A stretch of 64,000 nucleotides of DNA from Burkholderiales bacterium (GTDB lineage Bacteria > Pseudomonadota > Gammaproteobacteria > Burkholderiales > Burkholderiaceae_C), in the NCBI GenBank assembly GCA_038316145.1, contig JBBQAH010000001.1, positions 10,322-74,321 of the forward strand. The letters run 5' to 3'. Made by a program: the position numbers and the translations under genes. This document shows, piece by piece, positions 57,501 through 64,000 of this stretch. The notes beneath the pieces are model-generated. The model saw only the letters and a program-made list of their open reading frames with translations, did no database searches and was not told the DNA's origin. Each line of letters begins with the position of its first letter. Position 1 is the first letter of the stretch.

Positions 57501-57920
57501 ATGGGCAAGGTCCACATCCACCGCGTTGACGTGCATTTTGGTGACTGCGATCCCGCCGGCATTGTCTTTTTCCCCAACTTTTCGCGCTGGATGGACCAGG
57601 CCTCGCTGGCTTTTTTCATGGCTTGCGGCGTGCCGCCCTGGCGTGAACTGGTCAAGACCCGGGGTATCGTCGGCACGCCGCTGCTGGAGATCCACACCAA
57701 GTTCTTGAAAGCCGTGACCTACGGCCAATCGATTGAAGTGCACACCTGCATCGAGCATTGGGAGGCCAAGACCTTCCGCCACCGCCACCGGGTGTTCCGG
57801 GGCGATGAGCTGATGTGCGAAGGCACCGAGGTGCGGGCCTTCATCACCCGCGACCCTGCTGACCCCGACCGCATCAAGGCCATCCCCATCCCCGAAGACA
57901 TCAAGGCCTTGTGCCGCTGA
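57501..57920 (+). CDS. Acyl-CoA thioesterase (4HBT/YbgC family)
   Basis: VHFGDCDPAGIVFFPNF hot-dog motif. Confidence 0.92.
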   Translation: MGKVHIHRVDVHFGDCDPAGIVFFPNFSRWMDQASLAFFMACGVPPWRELVKTRGIVGTPLLEIHTKFLKAVTYGQSIEVHTCIEHWEAKTFRHRHRVFRGDELMCEGTEVRAFITRDPADPDRIKAIPIPEDIKALCR

Positions 57921-57960
57921 GATGTCACTATCCCCAGCCCCTGTTCCCGGAGACACAAAC

Positions 57961-59106
57961 ATGACCCTCATCAAGACCCTGGTGGCCTCGGCCGCCGCCC
58001 TCACCGCGCTGACCGCCGCTGCCCCCGCGCTGGCCGACATCACCGTGGGCGTCTCGCTGCCGCTGACCGGGCCGGCCTCGGGCCTGGGCATCCCGATGCA
58101 GAACTACTTCAAGCTCTGGCCGGCCAGCATCGCCGGCGAGAAGATCAACCTCATCATCCTGGACGATGCCACCGACCCGACCAAGGGCGTGCAGAACGCG
58201 CGCAAGTTTGTGTCCGAGGACAAGGTCGACATCATCATCGGCTCGGCCGCCACGCCGGTGGCGATCCCGATGGCCGATGTGGCGATGGAGTCGGGCACCG
58301 TGCAACTGGCGGCATCGCCGATCGGCCTGCCGCCCGGCAAGGACGCCTGGAGCTTCCGCCTGCCGCAGAGCAACGACGTGATGGCCCATGCGATGGTCGG
58401 CTTGATGAAGAAGCAGGGCGTCAAGACCATCGGCTTCCTGGGCTACACCGACGCCTACGGCGAGCAGTGGCTCAAGTCCATCACCGCTGAGGGCGAGAAA
58501 AGCGGCATCAAGGTCATCGCCACCGAGCGCTTTGCGCGCAGCGACACCGGCGTCACCGCGCAGGCGCTCAAGCTGGTGGCCGCCAACCCTGACGCGATGC
58601 TGGTGGTGGCCTCGGGCTCGGGTGCGGCCATGCCCCAAAAAGCCATCATCGAGCGCGGCTTCAAGGGCAAGGTCTACCAGACCCACGCAGCAGCCACCAA
58701 GGACTTGATGCGCATCGGCGGCAAGGATGTCGAGGGCACGTTTGTTGTCTCCGGCCCGGCGGTGGTGGGCGATTTGCTGCCTGACAGCCATCCCAGCAAG
58801 AAGCTGGCGCAAGACTTTGTTGCCAAGTACGAAAGGGCCTACGGTGCCGGCACCGCCAACCAGTTTGCCGGCCATGCCTATGACGCGCTGATCGTGCTGG
58901 AAAAGGTGGTGCCGGTGGCGCTGAAAAAGGCCAGGCCCGGCACCAAGGAGTTCCGCGCCGCGCTCAAGGGTGCGATCGAGACCATGGGCCGCACCGTGTT
59001 TGCCCACGGCATCATGAACTGGACCGCCACCGACCACTGGGGCTATACGGTGGAAACCGGTGTGATGCTGGTCGTCAAGAACGGCGATTGGGCGCTGGCC
59101 AACTGA
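57961..59106 (+). CDS. ABC transporter substrate-binding protein (Liv-type; aromatic acid, CouP-like)
   Basis: RBS GGAG; signal peptide; LPLTGPASGLG, LDDATDP, DAYGE. Confidence 0.93.
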   Translation: MTLIKTLVASAAALTALTAAAPALADITVGVSLPLTGPASGLGIPMQNYFKLWPASIAGEKINLIILDDATDPTKGVQNARKFVSEDKVDIIIGSAATPVAIPMADVAMESGTVQLAASPIGLPPGKDAWSFRLPQSNDVMAHAMVGLMKKQGVKTIGFLGYTDAYGEQWLKSITAEGEKSGIKVIATERFARSDTGVTAQALKLVAANPDAMLVVASGSGAAMPQKAIIERGFKGKVYQTHAAATKDLMRIGGKDVEGTFVVSGPAVVGDLLPDSHPSKKLAQDFVAKYERAYGAGTANQFAGHAYDALIVLEKVVPVALKKARPGTKEFRAALKGAIETMGRTVFAHGIMNWTATDHWGYTVETGVMLVVKNGDWALAN

Positions 59107-59142
59107 GACCCGGTTCCTAGGGTTTGCCCCAGCCGCGTTGTC

Positions 59143-59188
59143 CTGCGTCAAGCGCTTGGCTCCCCGTATGATCTACCGACCGGTCGGT
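59143..59188 (+). promoter_or_regulatory. Internal sigma-70 promoter with PaaR-type TetR operator
   Basis: CTGCGT-N18-TATGAT followed by the perfect palindrome ACCGACCGGTCGGT (59175-59188). Confidence 0.7.
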
Positions 59189-59269
59189 TGATTAATCGAC
59201 AGGCCGTCTTTCTGAACCGGCTCGGCGGCCTGTTCAGGGTGCGTCCGCCTCACCGCTGTTGGGAATTTC

Positions 59270-60307
59270 ATGGATTTTTCAATCGCAAGCATCCTCGCGC
59301 TCGACGGCGCGACCAACGGCGCGGTGTACGCCCTGCTGGCCCTGGCCACCGTGCTGGTGTTCGCGGTCACCCGCATCATCTTCATACCGCAGGGTGAGTT
59401 TGTCGCCTTCGGCGCGCTGACGCTGGCGCTGTTCCAGATGGGCAAGGTGCCGGGCACGGTCTGGTTTTTGCTGATCCTGGCCGGCTCGGCGGCGATTGCC
59501 GATCTGGTCGACGGCCTCAAGCACCACCAGTCGGCGCAGCGCATTGCCAAGCGCCTGCTGCGCACCTTGGCTTACCCGGTGCTGATCTCGGCAGTGGCGA
59601 TCTGGGCGGCGCCGCGCAACTTCCCGATGCCGGTTCAGGCGGCGCTCACGCTGGCGCTGGTCACGCCGTTTGGCGGGCTGATCTACCGGCTGGCCTATGA
59701 GTCGCTGGCCGACGCCACCTCGCTGGTGCTGCTGATCGTCTCCATCGGGGTGCACTTTGCGCTGACCGGGCTGGGGCTGTTTTTCTTCGGTGCCGAGGGC
59801 TTTCGCAACCCGAGCTTCTGGGATGTGCGCTTTGCCACCGGGCCGTTGCAGTTCTCGGGCCAGACCATCTTCATCTTTGTCGCTTCATTCGCCTTGATCG
59901 TGGCCTTGTGGCTGTTTTTCGAGCGCTCGCTTTACGGCAAGGCGCTGCGCGCCACCGCGATCAACCGGCTGGGGGCGCGGCTGATGGGTATCTCCAGCAA
60001 TGGCGCCGGCCGCACCACGCTGACGGTGGCGGCGTTCATCGGGGCGCTCTCAGGCCTGCTGATCGGCCCCACCACCACGATCTTTTATGACTCGGGCTTC
60101 TTGATCGGCTTGAAAGGCTTCGTGGCGGCGGTATTTGCCGGCCTGTCGAGTTACCCGCTGGCGCTGCTGGGCGCGATGCTGGTGGGCCTGCTGGAGAGCT
60201 TTGGCTCATTCTGGGCCAGCGCCTTCAAGGAGGTGATCGTGTTCGGCTCGATCATCCCGGTGCTGTTGTGGCGGTCGCTGCGCGACCCCCACCACGAGGA
60301 GCATTGA
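59270..60307 (+). CDS. Branched-chain-type ABC permease (LivH-like)
   Basis: [38 protein letters not shown]. Confidence 0.93.
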   Translation: MDFSIASILALDGATNGAVYALLALATVLVFAVTRIIFIPQGEFVAFGALTLALFQMGKVPGTVWFLLILAGSAAIADLVDGLKHHQSAQRIAKRLLRTLAYPVLISAVAIWAAPRNFPMPVQAALTLALVTPFGGLIYRLAYESLADATSLVLLIVSIGVHFALTGLGLFFFGAEGFRNPSFWDVRFATGPLQFSGQTIFIFVASFALIVALWLFFERSLYGKALRATAINRLGARLMGISSNGAGRTTLTVAAFIGALSGLLIGPTTTIFYDSGFLIGLKGFVAAVFAGLSSYPLALLGAMLVGLLESFGSFWASAFKEVIVFGSIIPVLLWRSLRDPHHEEH

Positions 60308-60308
60308 G

Positions 60309-62075
60309 ATGAACTGGCAAAAATTCGGCTTCCCGGTCTTTGCGCTGTTGATGCTGGCGCTGCCGGCGCTGCCCATCCCCGATTTCTGGATCACCCAGCT
60401 CAACTACATCGGCCTGTACGCCATCGTCTCGCTGGGCCTGGTTTTGCTGACCGGCGTGGCGGGCTTGACGTCGTTTGGTCAGGCCGCGTTTGTCGGTGTT
60501 GGGGCCTACACCGCGGCGTTCCTGGCGATCAGGCTGGGCATGTCGCCCTGGCTGACCTTGTTCATAGGCATCGGCTTGAGCGTGTTGGTGGCGCTGGTGC
60601 TGGGCGCGATCACGCTGCGCATGTCGGGCCATTACCTGCCGCTGGCCACCATCGCCTGGGGTCTGACGATCTACTACACCATCTCCAACATGGAGTTCCT
60701 GGGCAAGTACGACGGTTTGCTGGGCGTGCCGCCGATCACGCTGTTCGGCACCAGCCTGGGCTCGGGACGGGGCATCTACGTGCTGATCTGGGTCTTTGCA
60801 CTGGCCTCGGCGCTGGCGGTCACGCGCTTGCTCGACTCGCGCCCCGGCCGCGCCATCCGGGCGTTGAAAAACGGCACGACGATGGCCGAGGCCATGGGCA
60901 TCTCGACCTTCCGCTACAAGGTGATCGCCTTTGTGCTGGCCGCTGTGCTGGCCTCGATCTCGGGCTGGCTGTTTGCGCACTTTCAGCGCACCGTCAACCC
61001 GTCGCCGTTTGGCTTGAACAAGGGCATCGAGTATTTGTTCATGGCGGTGCTGGGCGGAGTCGGCCATGTCTGGGGTGCGTTTTTGGGCGCGGGCGTGCTC
61101 AAGATCGTCGAGGACCAGCTGCAGACCCTGCTGCCCAAGCTGATCGGCAGCAGCGGCAACTTCGAGATCATCGTTTTTGGCCTGGTGCTGATCGCCGTGC
61201 TCAAGTACGCGCCCGACGGGCTGTGGACCTTTGTCGGCAAGTGGTTGCCGGCGCCCAAGCGTGTTCGGGATTGGGGCAACGCTGCCAAATTGCCGCTGCG
61301 CGACAAGCCGGCCGCCGGTGAGCTGGTGCTGGACGTGGAGGCGGTGCGCAAGGAGTTTGGCGGGCTGGTGGCGGTCAACGACATCTCGTTCCAGATCCGT
61401 GCCGGCGACATCGTCGGCCTGATCGGGCCCAACGGTGCCGGCAAGTCCACCACCTTCAACCTGATCACTGGCGTGTTGTCGCTGACTGGCGGCAGGGTTG
61501 CGTTCCGCGGCCAGTCGGTGGCCGGCCTGCCGTCGCGGCTGATCGCCCGGCGCGGCATGTCGCGCACCTTCCAGCACGTCAAGATGATCCCCGAGATGAC
61601 GGTGCTGGAGAACGTGGCGCTGGGCGGCTATTTGCGCACCACCTCGGGCACGCTCAAGGCCATCCTGCGGCTGGACCGGGCCGAAGAGCGCAGCCTGTTT
61701 GCCGAGGCCGAGGCCCAGCTGCAGCGCATCGGCATGGCCGGCCAGATGCACGAGCTGGCCGGCAACCTGGCGCTGGGCCCGCAACGCCTGATGGAGATTG
61801 CCCGTGCGCTGTGCACCGACCCGGCGCTGCTGCTGCTCGACGAGCCCGCCGCCGGCCTGCGCCACAAGGAGAAACAGGCGCTGGCCGATGTGCTGCGGCA
61901 GTTGAAGCGCGAAGGCCTGAGCATCTTGCTGGTGGAGCACGACATGGACTTCGTGATGGGCCTGACCGACCGCATCGTGGTGATGGAGTTCGGCACCCGC
62001 TTGATCGAAGGCACACCCGACGAGGTGCAGGCCAGCCCGGTGGTGCGCGCCGCCTACCTTGGCACGGAGCACTAG
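60309..62075 (+). CDS. Fused ABC permease/ATPase (LivM-LivG-like)
   Basis: GLTSFGQAAF TM domain plus GPNGAGKST and LLLDEPAAG. Confidence 0.93.
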   Translation: MNWQKFGFPVFALLMLALPALPIPDFWITQLNYIGLYAIVSLGLVLLTGVAGLTSFGQAAFVGVGAYTAAFLAIRLGMSPWLTLFIGIGLSVLVALVLGAITLRMSGHYLPLATIAWGLTIYYTISNMEFLGKYDGLLGVPPITLFGTSLGSGRGIYVLIWVFALASALAVTRLLDSRPGRAIRALKNGTTMAEAMGISTFRYKVIAFVLAAVLASISGWLFAHFQRTVNPSPFGLNKGIEYLFMAVLGGVGHVWGAFLGAGVLKIVEDQLQTLLPKLIGSSGNFEIIVFGLVLIAVLKYAPDGLWTFVGKWLPAPKRVRDWGNAAKLPLRDKPAAGELVLDVEAVRKEFGGLVAVNDISFQIRAGDIVGLIGPNGAGKSTTFNLITGVLSLTGGRVAFRGQSVAGLPSRLIARRGMSRTFQHVKMIPEMTVLENVALGGYLRTTSGTLKAILRLDRAEERSLFAEAEAQLQRIGMAGQMHELAGNLALGPQRLMEIARALCTDPALLLLDEPAAGLRHKEKQALADVLRQLKREGLSILLVEHDMDFVMGLTDRIVVMEFGTRLIEGTPDEVQASPVVRAAYLGTEH

Positions 62076-62077
62076 AC

Positions 62078-62818
62078 ATGACGACATCCAACAACCTGCT
62101 CACCGTCAAGGACCTGCACGCCGGCTACGGCCGCGCCGAGGTGCTGACCGGGCTGAACTTCACACTGGCCATTGGCCAGGTGGTGACCGTGATCGGCCCC
62201 AACGGCGCCGGCAAGAGCACCACCTTGAACGCGCTGATGGCGGTGTTGCCGTCCAAGGGACAGGTGGTCTTCGATGGCGTGGACCTGGCCGATGTCTCGC
62301 TGGAAGAGCGCGTGATGCTTGGCATGGCCCTGGTGCCCGAGAAGCGCGAGCTGTTTGGCACCATGCCGGTCGAGGACAACCTGATCCTGGGCGGCTACCG
62401 GGCGATGAAGTTGCGCGTGCCGAACTGGCGCAATGAGATCGAGCGCGTCTACACCCTGTTCCCGCGCCTCAAAGAGCGGCGTTTGCAACTCGCCGGCACC
62501 TTGTCGGGCGGCGAACGCCAGATGCTGGCGGTGGGCCGGGCGCTGATGTCGGGGCCCAAGCTGTTGATGCTCGACGAGCCCAGCCTGGGTCTGGCGCCGT
62601 TGATCGTGCGCGAGATCTTCCGCATCATCGTGCAGCTGCGCGATCAAGGCGTCTCCATCCTGCTGATCGAGCAAAACGCCCGCGCCGCGCTGGAGGTGGC
62701 CGACCACGGCTATGTGCTGGAGACCGGCGCGATTGCGCTGCACGGCCCGGCGTCCGACCTGGCCGGTGACCCGCGCGTGATCGAGACCTACCTCGGCGCG
62801 GCGCGCAAGGCCACCTGA
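62078..62818 (+). CDS. ABC ATPase (LivF-like)
   Basis: GPNGAGKST, LSGGERQM, LDEPSLGLAP. Confidence 0.94.
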   Translation: MTTSNNLLTVKDLHAGYGRAEVLTGLNFTLAIGQVVTVIGPNGAGKSTTLNALMAVLPSKGQVVFDGVDLADVSLEERVMLGMALVPEKRELFGTMPVEDNLILGGYRAMKLRVPNWRNEIERVYTLFPRLKERRLQLAGTLSGGERQMLAVGRALMSGPKLLMLDEPSLGLAPLIVREIFRIIVQLRDQGVSILLIEQNARAALEVADHGYVLETGAIALHGPASDLAGDPRVIETYLGAARKAT

Positions 62819-62927
62819 CCCGCTGCCCGTGGTGACCTGACGATGGGCTTCTACCCGGTACCGGTGGCCGACAGGCTGTTGGCGTTGATCCGGGTGCTGG
62901 CCGCACCCCTGACCTGGGCGGCCCGGC

Positions 62928-63419
62928 ATGGCGCGTGACCGGACGCCGCCGCCGGACGCGTCCGCCGAGCGCGCCCCCGGCGCTGCAGCGGTGCTGTCGC
63001 TCGGCCCCCTGAGCGACGTGCTGGGTTACCACATCGCGCAGGCCTCGGTCACCACCGTCAGCCTGTTCGAGCGCCATGTCGGCCAGCCCTTCGGTCTGCG
63101 CAAGGTCGAGTATTCGCTGCTGATGCTGGTCCTGGCCAACGGCCCGCTGTCACCCAAAAAGCTGGCCCAGGCGCTGGTGCTGTCGGCGCCCAACCTGACC
63201 CTGCTGCTGGACCGGATGCAAGCGCGGGGCCTGCTGCGCCGCGAGCGCAGCCAGGTGGACCGCCGCTCACAAAACGTGGTCCTGACCGACGACGGCCAAC
63301 ACATTGCCCAGGCCGGTGCCGCCGCCGCCTTGCCGATGGCGCAGGGCTTGCACGACCGTCTCAGCCGGGCCGAGCACGCGATGCTGATCGAGTTGCTGCG
63401 CAAGGTGGCGGGGCGCTGA
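62928..63419 (+). CDS. MarR family transcriptional regulator
   Basis: LGYHIAQAS..APNLTLLLDRM..RRERSQVDRRS..LTDDG. Confidence 0.9.
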   Translation: MARDRTPPPDASAERAPGAAAVLSLGPLSDVLGYHIAQASVTTVSLFERHVGQPFGLRKVEYSLLMLVLANGPLSPKKLAQALVLSAPNLTLLLDRMQARGLLRRERSQVDRRSQNVVLTDDGQHIAQAGAAAALPMAQGLHDRLSRAEHAMLIELLRKVAGR

Positions 63420-63502
63420 TCAGGAAGTTGTGGCGGGATGTCTGGTTTTGGGATCGGAACGCCCGCCGGCGCACATCCGGACTTTCCCTGCCCCATAGTT
63501 GC

Positions 63503-63549
63503 TTGCGTCGGGTTTGACGCTGCTCTTAAAATCGACCGACCGGTCGGTC
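63503..63549 (+). promoter_or_regulatory. Sigma-70 promoter with a second PaaR-type operator
   Basis: TTGCGT-N18-TAAAAT followed by GACCGACCGGTCGGTC (63534-63549). Confidence 0.72.
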
Positions 63550-63584
63550 AATGAACCGAACGCCAGACCCTGGAGAACTACCCC

Positions 63585-64000
63585 ATGAAATTGATTCGCA
63601 CCCTGCAAGCCGGGGCCGTCGCCGCCGTGCTGGCCTCGCTGGCCCTGGCGGCGCATGCCGACCTGACGATTGGCGTCACGCTGTCGGCCACCGGCCCGGC
63701 CGCCTCGCTTGGCATCCCCGAGAAAAACACCATCGAGCTGATGCCGCGCACCATGGCCGGCCACAAGGTCAACTACATCGTGCTCGACGACGCCTCGGAC
63801 ACCACCGCGGCGGTGGCCAATGCGCGGCGCTTGATCACCGAGAGCAAGGTCGACGTGATCCTGGGCAGCACCACCACGCCCAACTCGCTGGCGATGCTGG
63901 ACGTGGTGTCCGAGAACCAGACCCCGATGGTCTCGCTGGCGGCTTCGTCCAGGGTGGTCGAGCCGATGGACGCCAAGCGCCGGTGGGTCTTCAAGACGCC
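63585..64000 (+). CDS. Second Liv-type ABC substrate-binding protein (partial, runs off the right edge)
   Basis: RBS GGAG; MKLIRTLQAGAVAAVLASLALAAHADLTIGVTLSATGPAASLGIPEKNT..VLDDASD. Confidence 0.92.
   Translation, partial: MKLIRTLQAGAVAAVLASLALAAHADLTIGVTLSATGPAASLGIPEKNTIELMPRTMAGHKVNYIVLDDASDTTAAVANARRLITESKVDVILGSTTTPNSLAMLDVVSENQTPMVSLAASSRVVEPMDAKRRWVFKT

Noticed and set aside
55882-62087. Long minus-strand ORFs (538, 407 and 611 aa)
   Set aside because: Shadows of fcs and the ABC transporter genes.
1-64000. Anti-phage defence systems, prophage, integrase or transposase
   Set aside because: No nuclease, reverse transcriptase, defence ATPase, recombinase or phage structural motifs were recognised in any frame.

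Overview
GC-rich betaproteobacterial DNA; the gene content and repeat types suggest Burkholderiales (Rubrivivax/Ideonella/Aquabacterium-like), which is inference. The window has two parts. (1) Positions 1-~50,700 form an accessory general-stress island. Its regulators are PAS/CHASE3 hybrid kinases, a HisKA_3 kinase, receiver proteins, a Crp/Fnr regulator, a CopG regulator and a sigma-54 (RpoN). Its effectors include BON, GlsB, DUF883-like proteins, KatE, LigD-Ku, hemerythrin, CHRD, YihY, DUF421, DUF4331, Gsp26-like proteins and a PEP-CTERM sugar dehydrogenase. Many genes carry deletion scars, and the island ends at a possible tRNA-Glu 3'-end att remnant followed by a terminator. (2) Positions ~50,790-64,000 are intact genes: modABC and a hydroxycinnamate/aromatic-acid catabolic and ABC-uptake cluster with two PaaR-type operators. 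The best novel candidate is a pair of L,D-transpeptidase-like genes interleaved with two small secreted disordered proteins that both end in T-E-R-A-[AP]-R-x-D-R-[GN], a possible new envelope-anchoring or sorting system. Recurring sigma-54 -24/-12 sites and a Crp-variant palindrome also outline an island-encoded regulon. No rRNA, complete tRNA, CRISPR array or transposase was seen. Family assignments come from motif recognition by eye; no database searches were run.
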